From assembly GCF_001194135.2 (NCBI RefSeq), contig NC_068987.1, positions 66,792,383 to 66,849,974 of the forward strand: a DNA stretch of 57,592 bases, read 5' to 3'. The translations under genes were made by a program, and so were the position numbers. The notes under the pieces are model-generated. The model saw nothing but the letters and a program-made list of their open reading frames with translations. It ran no database searches and was not told where the DNA came from. Source of the DNA: Octopus bimaculoides (taxonomy: Eukaryota). This document shows positions 13,694-23,999 of the stretch, piece by piece (position 1 is the first letter of the stretch; every line of letters begins with the position of its first letter).

Positions 13694-14989
13694 AGCCATA
13701 TTCATATAAATAAGTGCCAGAACAGATCATATATAGATTTGGGTAAATGCATTTGCAGTTCAAAGAATAATGGTTGGCTCTAATTGAGTTGATTGAAATT
13801 CTCACAACAATATCATTAGCTTGTAAATTTACTTAGACTATTTCTTTATTATTACTTGAGTAAATACAGTGAATGTTATACTTCCATGATGACAGAAAAA
13901 AAAAATCCAGAAACATGTCCACTTTGTCAGTGTTCGCTGAAAAGTTAAAAATAATAGCCATTGATTGATATTTTTCGTTCCTTCATATTTAGTTCAAGAT
14001 ATTTTTTATTGTTCCATTCATTATATATGTTAACACTACTTTTAACATAACTCACATTTCCCGTATATATTAAAATGAAGAGGAACTAGTGAACGACATT
14101 CTAAACTAAAAATAATTTCCTTCCATCAGCAGACAAATTTATCAAATTTATCAAATTATATACTTCTTGAAATATGTGAAATCTCAATACAAAAGTAATC
14201 GAGTTAAAATGCGTAAACTTCAATCAAAAAAGGAAAAAAATTGATTATTACAAATGAAATATACTTTATAATTTGTTTATACGAATATTTGATTGTTGAA
14301 TTGTCATTCAAAATTTAGTTTGTTCCAAATTTTCAATTTATGTTTGTATCACTTATGACTGAATTTATTTTTCAAGTTAAATAACTGCACTGTAAAATAT
14401 GTAACAAAGAATATTTGTCAAGCGTATTAAGTTTAAATGTGGAGTGGCTATATGTACTCTGGTTTGCAAGTGATATCATTTGTTAGGCATATGGTGTAGT
14501 TGACAGAAAGAATGGGAAACAAAAACATGTGCCAATGTTAACGTATATATGCTATCGTTCAACGTGATTCACACAACTAAATCTACCTCAAATCATACTC
14601 TATCGTCATAAAAATAGAGGAACAATATTTCAAACCTAGTCCCAGATATCATTGCCTAAAGGAATGTCGGAATAGCCAAGGCTAGAATGCATTTGATGAT
14701 AAGTTTACTGTGTAAGGAATAGTGCGGGTTTAACAGCATTATAAAGAGAGCCCATTCGTTATAATATTTTTCTCTCCTGATGACCCCATACACCCTCTGG
14801 CTTCCAGTATGCGGAGGTCTCGACTGATAGCACTTGCATGTACGAGTTGTTTGCAAGACATCTAGAACTTCATTTATAACTTATTTGTAATCAGAACTCA
14901 GCAGGTGTATGTAAAAGTATTCTTCGCCATATGCATTTAACTAGTACTTGTAAATATAAGTGTAAGTGACAGGTATATGCATGCGTATG

Positions 14990-15113
<124 letters not shown>

Positions 15114-15969
15114 ACAGAGAGAGAGATTGAAAGTATGTGGTCATGTATGTGCAGACAAATAGACGGTTAGAATTAACAAATAACTACATAGATGGGTGGT
15201 TATAGAAATTGCATGAAAATATGGCCCGAATTACAATGGTTTAAATATAAATATATACATTAATGAGGTTGTTAGTGCAACATTTCGCCAGTTTTTCGTG
15301 CTGAAACGTCCATGTATATCCATGGATGCATATGAATATTTATCTACGAGGTACATAGAAAAATATATCTGCATGTATACACACATACATACGCATGTAA
15401 ACACACACACATACATACATACATAAAAGCACGCACACACAAACACTCACACAATTTACAAAATAACTACTATGCTTTAAAGATAAAATAATTTGGCAGA
15501 TTTAAATAATGTCATATATTCCCAAGCAATTTCTCAGGCTCAGTGCGTATCGTAAAGTTTATTTAAAAACCAGGAATATTAATACCAGAATTAGAAAGAC
15601 TACTAAACAATAACAATGAAAAAATAGCGGTATTATCACATATTGGTTTGAAAATGTAAAATATTGGTATAAAGCTTCATTTAGATAGTTTGTTATTCTA
15701 AATTTAAATTTTTATCCCTTGATATCGAGATCGTTGCTCTATAAGGCGACTGAGTTTGCATTAAGATTTGTCAATATTAACCACATAGACCTGTAATTTA
15801 TTATGCATGTGCCAAAAATCCTGTTATTCAGTACGTACTCTGCATGAGTTTAAAAATGTGATCTCATTCGGTTTATGATAGTTTTCATAAGAGCGTGAGT
15901 TTAAGTCTAGTAAAACATGTAAGAAATTAACTTTAGATAAATTAATAAAAATAGTAATTTGGGACCTAA

Positions 15970-17001
15970 CTGATATGGATAAATTATTTGATGTATCGAT
16001 GGAATCGTATGACTTCAGACATCTGTAATCCTGTAGGTCTCAATATATTTGAAATCTAGGTCCTCAAATCACAATTTTTGCGTTTACCGTGACGATGGTT
16101 TAGGCATATCTCATGACTGTGATGGATATACACTACATAAATTAAGGAAGAAACTCATAAATACCTTTAGCCAGTTAGGTCCCAAATTACTATTTTTATT
16201 AATTTGTCTAAAGTTAATTTCTTACATGTTTTACTAAACTTAAACTCACGCTCTTATGAAAACTATCATAAACCGAATGAGATCACATATACACATAAAC
16301 AGCCCTACCACCCACCCCCATACTGTTTAAAAACCTGACAGCTAACATCAGTGATAGGTTATCTAATCTATTTGATAAAACAGACCCCTATTATGACAAT
16401 GCCAAAGCTAGCAGCGGCTTTCATAGATAAGATATTATATAACCCTTCTGTTAAAAATATGGAGCTTAAAAGTAAACTTGGGAAATAATATGTCGAAGCT
16501 TACCCGATTGATCTTACCCGCTGAAGCTTACCCGCTTGATCTTATCTGCTGAAGTTTACTCGCTTGATCTTACCCGCTGAAGCTTACCCGCTTGGTATTA
16601 CCCGTTTGATCACTCGCGTTTACTAAACGTAGTTGTTTATGAATGTAACATTACAACAATGCTCCAACACAGCATAACTGAAAAGTAAAATTACGTCGGA
16701 CTTAAGCGAAGGTAATTTTAAAAGCCGTTATGCAAACCACCAGTCTTCTTTATGACACATTGATAGAAAGAAAGTCACTAAGCTAGCTACCCATGAATGG
16801 GATCTTAAGACCAACTGCTCACCATATACAATCGTGGAGAAATCTGCGTCATATATAAATGGATCAAAGAGATGCAAGTTATGCGTAGCTCAAAGATAGC
16901 AAATTCTTTCTAGGGCCAAGAATTCCACCCCACTACTTAATTCAAAATCTGAAATTTTTAGCAATGGCAAGCACATGGACAAGTTTCTTTTCTCAAAGTG
17001 G
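15970..17001 (+). mobile_element. Penelope-like element of a second subtype (YRDDGL-type RT + GIY-YIG), degenerate, internally deleted
   Basis: FDVSMESYD..ICNPVGL; VYRDDGLGIS; KPNEITY.HK; then NVVVYEC..NYVGL.SEGNFKSRYANHQSS..KVTKLATHEWDLK..SYINGSKRCKLC..LLNSKSEIFSNGKHMDKFL. Confidence 0.85.
16495..16611. repeat. 28-bp minisatellite (GAAGCTTACCCGCTTGATCTTACCCGCT) x ~4
   Basis: Units start at 16495, 16523, 16551 and 16579. Each is two 14-bp halves sharing CTTACCCGCT. Confidence 0.9.
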
Positions 17002-17314
17002 ACGACACCACACGCTCTGGATTGAGTAGCTATATTATAGAATAAGGGCTATTTACTTGCAAAGTTGTGCCTGTATTTCAAACGGCCGGCCTTATCACAT
17101 TCTGTGACACACTGAATCTTTCTCAGAACTACACTAATGGCATGAGTATCTGTGGATTGCTCAGCGAATTGCACATTAATGTCATGATCTGGCTGCTCCG
17201 TTAATCAGATCAACTGGAACACTTGTCGTAACTGATGGTGTGCCAGATTTTCTGTTTCCATTTATATATTTTGTACGATTTCTCCATTATATATGTATAT
17301 ATAATTAATTAAGA

Positions 17315-17580
17315 AGTTTACATAAGGTGGAAGTAGATGTCATCAAAAAAGGAATAAACATCCTCCGTTCCACAATACCAGATGAACCAACAGCCCAACA
17401 TGAGGTACAGACGAAGGAAGCGGAATCAAACTCCAATACTCCAATATACGCCAAACGCACCAAGATCTGGATCAAAGGCACATACAGGAGTGGTGATGGA
17501 ATCACCCAGACTGGGGAAGTCAGAAAGACCATGGTGGGCTCCAGCATGACCGCGGCCGCAACGCTGAAACGAGTAAAAAT
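17315..17580 (+). mobile_element. 3' end of a CR1/L2-group LINE (ORF2 C-terminus + 3'UTR)
   Basis: VDVIKKGINILRSTIPDEPTAQHEVQTKEAESNS resembles the FK..LD..L..IPDEP....R.A.SNS terminus of invertebrate CR1-group ORF2. Ends ctccagcatgaccgc..ctgaaacgagtaaaa. Confidence 0.6.
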
Positions 17581-17961
17581 GTTATATATATATATATATA
17601 TATNNNNNNNNNNNNNNNNNNNNNNNNNNNNNNNNNNNNNNNNNNNNNNNNNNNNNNNNNNNNNNNNNNNNNNNNNNNNNNNNNNNNNNNNNNNNNNNNN
17701 NNNNNNNNNNNNNNNNNNNNNNNNNNNNNNNNNNNNNNNNNNNNNNNNNNNNNNNNNNNNNNNNNNNNNNNNNNNNNNNNNNNNNNNNNNNNNNNNNNNN
17801 NNNNNNNNNNNNNNNNNNNNNNNNNNNNNNNNNNNNNNNNNNNNNNNNNNNNNNNNNNNNNNNNNNNNNNNNNNNNNNNNNNNNNNNNNNNNNNNNNNNN
17901 NNNNNNNNNNNNNNNNNNNNNNNNNNNNNNNNNNNNNNNNATATATATATATATATATATA

Positions 17962-18125
17962 GGGAGAATTCACGAAAAAACAACAGACGAAGATAGGTGG
18001 TGTAAACAAACAACAAATGGATGTATTAGTATAACGCTCGGGAATAGAGAAAGTCTTTAACGTTACGAGCCTACGCTCTTCTACAGAAAGGAACACAGAA
18101 GGAAACAAGGAGAGAAACAAGGAGA
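17962..18125 (-). mobile_element. Short dispersed element carrying a minimal hammerhead-like motif (copy 1; A13 mutated)
   Basis: Reverse-complement homologue of 38445-38600. Minus strand of 18055-18090 reads cttt CTGTAGA a gagc gtag gctc GTAAC GTT aaag. Abuts (TA)n. Confidence 0.7.
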
Positions 18126-18295
18126 GAAAAAAATGTGTGTAGTGGTCAGCGATCTATCATGGCAAAAAATCGTTCATATGCACACAAACGTTTATGTGTG
18201 TGTATATCTATGAACGTGTGTGTCTGTGTCTCTGTGTGCTTATATGTATGTATATTGTTACGTATATAATTAACTATCTGATAGTGTGTCAATAC

Positions 18296-18611
18296 CCAGC
18301 TGGAGGAGATATCTTCCTGGGGTTACAAGCTACAGTAGCATCGACCTTTAAGGGTTAGCCACATTTAGGTGGCGAATATACTTCACGATGTCGTGCGGCT
18401 ACTGTTTATATCTCACTCAGAGATTTATTATTGCTTGTTTCCACATTTTCGGGATCAGTGACTTTTCGTCGCTGAAGAAAGTATATATATTCACATTGAG
18501 AATCACTTCCCATCGCTAACCGCTGATGACGGGTCAATACCCAGAAACTCGGGTCTGTGTGTATCACATCAGGCTGGATGTGGGAATGATGACTTCCCTT
18601 TGCAAATACTG
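18296..18611 (+). repeat. Unit A of the HHR-bearing ~358-bp repeat (retrozyme-like)
   Basis: Colinear end-to-end with 19106-19436; divergent but clearly alignable by eye. Confidence 0.85.
18515..18562 (+). ncRNA. Candidate minimal type-I hammerhead ribozyme
   Basis: CTGATGA (18523-29), c ggg tcaata ccc a, GAAAC (18544-48), tcgg, GTC (18553-55). Stem I weak and the stem II closing pair is C.A. Confidence 0.55.
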
Positions 18612-18694
18612 AAATAAATCCGTATTTTTTACATCCAAAAATAAAGTATTTTTAAAAGGTCAAAACGTATCAACTCGATAATAAGTAGAACATA

Positions 18695-18872
18695 ATAGTA
18701 GTCGCCCTCAGCTTCTATCACGTCGTCAAGCCCTTCCGGAAACTTTCACATGTGTTCCTCGATGCGTCCCTGGGAAGTTCTTCGAACATTTCTCTGATCT
18801 TTGTCACCATTACGGCGTTTTGAGAGAGTGATCTCCACTGCGCCATATCACAGCCTACCGGCAACACACGAG
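18695..18872 (-). mobile_element. Tc1/maT-like transposase C-terminal fragment
   Basis: Minus strand VMVTKIREMFEELPRDASRNTCESFRKGLDDVIEAEGDY resembles the IKE.F..LPR...C.RFR.RLEAV.EA.GDY terminus. Confidence 0.6.
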
Positions 18873-18913
18873 CACTATTCGTTCAGTGTATGTGGACGAT
18901 AATATATATATAT

Positions 18914-19013
18914 AGCAATAATAAATCTCTGAGCTAGATGTAAAGAGTAGCAACACGATATCGTGAAGTATATTTGCCATCTAAATGAGGCTGACCCATT
19001 GGGGACGATACTA
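18914..19013 (-). repeat. Inverted partial copy of the ~358-bp unit
   Basis: Reverse complement matches 18338-18435 and 19145-19248 (gtatcgtccccaatgggtcagcctcatttagatggcaaatatacttcacgatatcgtg..ctcagagatttattattgct). Confidence 0.85.
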
Positions 19014-19019
19014 CACACT

Positions 19020-19557
19020 GTCTGTGTGCGATCAGTAAGAGAAGAGATGGAAACGATGATTTCCCTTCGCAAATATTGATCAGTCACAGACAGTCTGTCG
19101 TTAGCCAGCTGGAAGAGATGTCTTCCTGTGTCTATAAACAACAGCAGCATCGTCCCCTATGAGTCAGTCACATTGAGATGGCAAATATACTACACGATGT
19201 CGTGCTGCTACTGTTTACATCTCTCTCAGATATAATTTACTATTGCTTGTTTCTACTTTTTCGTGATCAGCGACGGTTTGAAACTGGAAAAGGCAGATTG
19301 TATTTTGCGTTTGGAATCAGTTGTCGTCCTTACCTGGTAATTGTCCGCTGATGACGGAATACTACCCAGAAACCTGGGTCCGTATATATCACATAAAGCT
19401 AGAGAAGGGAACGATTATTTCCCTTCGTAAATACTGGTCGGACACAGCCAGTCTGTCGTTAGCCATCTGGAGAAGATGTCTTCCTGTGGCTGTAAACAAC
19501 AGTAGCATCATCTCCAATGGGTCAGCCACATTTAGGTGGCAAACATACTTCACGATA
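19020..19557 (+). repeat. 1.5 tandem units (B, C) of the HHR-bearing repeat, period 358-359 bp, truncated by (TA)n and a gap
   Basis: cagtctgtcgttagcca at 19091 and 19450. The block starts gtc|tgtgtg at 19020, homologous to GTC|cgtata at 19378. Confidence 0.9.
19342..19386 (+). ncRNA. Candidate minimal type-I hammerhead ribozyme
   Basis: tgtccg, CTGATGA (19348-54), cggaatactaccca, GAAAC, ctgg, GTC (19378-80), cgtata. Stem I tgtccg/cgtata pairs 5 of 6. Confidence 0.6.
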
Positions 19558-19915
19558 TATATATATATATATATATATATCTATATCTATATATATANNN
19601 NNNNNNNNNNNNNNNNNNNNNNNNNNNNNNNNNNNNNNNNNNNNNNNNNNNNNNNNNNNNNNNNNNNNNNNNNNNNNNNNNNNNNNNNNNNNNNNNNNNN
19701 NNNNNNNNNNNNNNNNNNNNNNNNNNNNNNNNNNNNNNNNNNNNNNNNNNNNNNNNNNNNNNNNNNNNNNNNNNNNNNNNNNNNNNNNNNNNNNNNNNNN
19801 NNATATATATAGATATAGATATAGATATATATAGATACATATATGTATGTATGTATGTATATATATACATATATATATATATCTATAAATATACACACAT
19901 ATAAATATATGTGAA

Positions 19916-19947
<32 letters not shown>

Positions 19948-19964
19948 TGTGTGTGTGTGTGTGT

Positions 19965-20385
19965 ATAGAGAAAGGGATTTAAAGAAGGAAGTTGCGATCG
20001 AGAAGCTTAATCTCAATGACCTTTTTGTTTGCACAGTTTGTGACAGATCATGCCTTTCTTCTGCTGGGCTCAAATCTCATTTGAGGACCCATGAAGAATG
20101 GACATCTACCAACTATTCTGCCTATATATATATGCACACCTTTCAATGTCGTGTATACCATAATGTCTGCAATTGTAACGGAGACCTCAAAAGACATTAT
20201 AAGATCCACAAAGATCAGAACTTAACTGCAGCACTTGGTGGTCTAAATCGGATATGCAATCTATGTGGGTGACTTTTCAATACATTGTCTAGTTTTAAAA
20301 ACCACATCAGACGCCATGATGGATCTAAGGTGTAGGTACAGGAGGTGGTCAAACTCTGTATAAGGAGTAGACAACCACCACATAT
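19965..20385 (+). mobile_element. 3' end of an RTE-clade LINE with three C2H2-like zinc fingers (degenerate)
   Basis: FVCTVCDRSCLSSAGLKSHLRTH / FQCRVYHNVCNCNGDLKRHYKIH / RICNLCG*LFNTLSSFKNHIRRH, followed by an RTE-like tail ggaggtggtcaaactc..ggagtagacaaccacca. Confidence 0.65.
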
Positions 20386-20512
20386 ATAATGAGAATGTCT
20401 ATTTGTTTTTGAGATGTCTGTATACATGATGTTAGTGTGTGTATGTATGTATGTATGTATGTATGTATGTATGCATGTATGTATGTATGTGTATACACAC
20501 ATCTTTATGATG

Positions 20513-20598
<86 letters not shown>

Positions 20599-21193
20599 GA
20601 AGTGTGTAACATCCGTACATGTACATATAAATACATATATATATATATGTTTGTATATATTTATGATATATGTGAAAGCACATGTTTAGGTCTGGGCTTC
20701 TCTATTTCCCTGTGTCCGAGTCTGAGTTTATGTTGTTTTTATTTATTATCAAATGCATAATGTTGACGTTCGATATGTTGATATCGATAAATTATGCATC
20801 ATACAGAAATATGAGATCCATATGATCGAACAAAACCCTGGGAGACGTTGCTCTAGCATAGGGGCAGTCCAATAACTGAAACCAGTAAAAGCATGGAAGA
20901 AAATAGTTATAACCATAATAGCTATATTAATTAAAAAAAAACTGAAGAGAGACAGTTACAAGGCGACCAAATTTTATTTTTATTTTTCTCTATTCATCAC
21001 AAATATACGTGGTTACCAAGGTAACGGATGTAGAAGGAAAAAATATACAACATACATCTGTCGTCTTTCACAAAGAAAACTGGTCGATTAAGATATGGAT
21101 AATAAAAGCAGACTTGTGCATATGTGAAATGTATGAGAGTCCATGTGCGCATGTATTTGAGCCTGCGTATGTCAATACATTCATGAATCATTG

Positions 21194-21245
<52 letters not shown>

Positions 21246-21689
21246 NNNNNNNNNNNNNNNNNNNNNNNNNNNNNNNNNNNNNNNNNNNNNNNNNNNNNNN
21301 NNNNNNNNNNNNNNNNNNNNNNNNNNNNNNNNNNNNNNNNNNNNNNNNNNNNNNNNNNNNNNNNNNNNNNNNNNNNNNNNNNNNNNNNNNNNNNNNNNNN
21401 NNNNNNNNNNNNNNNNNNNNNNNNNNNNNNNNNNNNNNNNNNNNNNNNNNNNNNNNNNNNNNNNNNNNNNNNNNNNNNNNNNNNNNNNNNNNNNNNNNNN
21501 NNNNNNNNNNNNNNNNNNNNNNNNNNNNNNNNNNNNNNNNNNNNNNNNNNNNNNNNNNNNNNNNNNNNNNNNNNNNNNNNNNNNNNNNNNNNNNNNNNNN
21601 NNNNNNNNNNNNNNNNNNNNNNNNNNNNNNNNNNNNNNATATATATATATATATATATATACATATGTTTTGCTTTGCCTTGGGTCATA

Positions 21690-21870
21690 CATGTATTCTA
21701 CGGCATGTCTTGGGCAATTTTAGACCTGGCGGCGCGAACCACTTTCCTAGTCTTACTAAAACCGGTTTCTTCCAGACGACGGAAAGACAAATTATATTCA
21801 GAGCTAACAAGAGGACTAACGACAAAGGATTTGTTCTCAGGCATCCGCAAAAGATTTGTAGAGACAAATT
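21690..21870 (+). mobile_element. Very degenerate RTE-like post-RT fragment
   Basis: ILDLAARTTFLVLLK...KLYSELTRG resembles RTE (VLE.A..TSIEA.LLK...LYGEL..G). Confidence 0.35.
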
Positions 21871-22119
21871 AATTAGCTGTATAAAACATTTGTACATCTT
21901 GCCCTGGCGTTCGACTCAATTATCAGGGAGGATCAGTATAAATAATTTAATGACTGTGTTACCTCACCACAAATTCTATCGCATGAATATCTTCATGGAT
22001 AAGTCAAGCATGACAACAAATACTCAAAACCTCTCATAATATTGAAAAAATTTATAAGTCTGTAGGTGTAAAGCAAGTCCTCAGGTCTACCCACTTTCTC
22101 ATCTTTTTCAGCATGGGCC

Positions 22120-22521
22120 ACAGAAGACGTCAACGAGGAAGATTGTCTCTACACCTGATACTGCATCAATGGAAACTACTCTTTGTTGACAATGCTGCGT
22201 TTGTTAGTCACACAATCTGTTCTGCAACGTATAACATCCAGCTTTGAAGAGACAGCCAAACTCTTCGGGTTAGAAATACTCTTTACTCTTTACTCTTTAC
22301 TCTTTTACTCTTTTACTTGTTTCAGTCATTTGACTGTGGCCATGCTGGAGCACCGCCTTTAGTCGAGCAAATCGACCCCGGGACTTATTCTTTGTAAGCC
22401 TAGTACTTATTCTATCGGTCTCTTTTTGCCGAACCGCTAGGTGACGGGGGCATAAACACACCAGCATCGGTTGTCAAGTGATGCTAGGGGGACAAACACA
22501 GACACACAAACATACACACAC

Positions 22522-22563
<42 letters not shown>

Positions 22564-23260
22564 GACGGGCTTCTTTCAGTTTCCGTCTACCAAATCCACT
22601 CACAAGGCTTTGGTCGGCCCGAGGCTATAGGAGAAGACACTTGCCCAAGATTCCACGCAGTGGGACTGAACCCGGAACCATGTGGTTGGTAAGCAAGCTA
22701 CTTACCACACAGCCACTCCTGCGCCTGCACGAAGACAGAAGTTTTTCCATTAGTCTGCATCATTGGAGATTAACATTCTCCTTGCTTCATTATCGGTAAA
22801 ACACGAACACGTCAGTACATCAGTTAAGCTACCTGGTGTGTATTTCCATATTTGATGCCAAAATTAGCAAAGAAGGAAACAAGAGATTAGCAAAAGCGAA
22901 TTTGACAGACTGTGCCAAAGAGTATGTAACGGTAGGAACTTGACACCAAGTACTTGTCTTTTCACCTGTATAGCTCACTGCTTCTGCTGCCTCCGTGCTA
23001 TCCTCAACATCCGTTGGAATTTGTTACCAACAGTAGTCTTCACCAGCATCGAGACATTGTTGTTAAAGTCACAGCTGTGCGGGCCAAGACTCGTTTCTGG
23101 GATGGAAAGTCGTGCTGCATAGTAAACGTTTTCCTGGTCACCGTGACAAGATCACTGAAGAAAATACACAAAAATACCATAAATTAATGATACTTGTAGC
23201 ATTAACATCAACATTGGTCTACATCAGTCATAAGAGTTGACGCCATCCATTCATCCGTAT
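22120..23260 (+). mobile_element. RTE-clade LINE RT fragment, interrupted by a SINE
   Basis: LLFVDNAA..SHT.SVLQRITSSFEETAKLFGLEI |SINE| KTEV..IGKT..SVHQLSYL.C.S.DAKISKE.NKRLAKAN..CLRAILNIRW..TSIETLLLKSQL. Confidence 0.8.
22277..22725 (-). mobile_element. Complete tRNA-derived SINE family A
   Basis: Reverse complement of 8676-9197, with internal (CA)/(TA)n and a (CTCTTTTA)n tail. Confidence 0.9.
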
Positions 23261-23999
23261 GTCTTTTCATTCGAGAACCCATACAACACTGTTTTTCAGG
23301 ACAACTAAAGTATTTTGAGGGATAACGGAGAACTCCGAACAAAATTTTCATAGAATATTTCTTGTAGCCGCTGCGACCAGGTTTACCCTTTTTATATTGA
23401 TGTAATCAACAACCTTACAATCGATGTAAACATCCTTCTTCAGGTATCTCTGTTCGCAATGCCAAGGTATTATAATGAGGTAGAGTTTTCCTCGTAAATA
23501 ACAGCGAAATATAAAGCCGTACAGTGCATATTGAAATTTAATTTTAAGATTTTCGAAGAATATGTGTATATTCAGACACCCAGAAAAATGTCCCCCCAAT
23601 TTAAATGATGATATTAGCAATTATTACACCGATTGATCCATTATAAAACACGCATCTCTCTGCACTATCTTAATATTACAGTTTTTTTTCTTTTCTCCAA
23701 CACATGATTGGGATTGACGAATTCTTGCATATGCTTCATCGATATTTATTGATATTTATCAACAGGTGAAAATATTTTATCGCCCATAAAAATGAATTTG
23801 CCATGCTCTGAGATATTCTCTTATGGAAAAAAATATAACATTCAGTTATTTATTAACGCTATTTTATATATGAAACTGGTGGCATTAAATATCACGTGTT
23901 TCTACATATTAGATGTCTATATCACCTGTATTGCGAACGAAAATTTTATAGATGCGCCTGTGACGCATTTTAAAACGGTTATTTAGCAACCAATCAAAT

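Noticed and set aside
14700-14865. Cys-containing minus-strand ORF (TTRTCKCYQ) as a host exon
   Set aside because: No full domain motif, a weak acceptor and no neighbouring in-phase exons.
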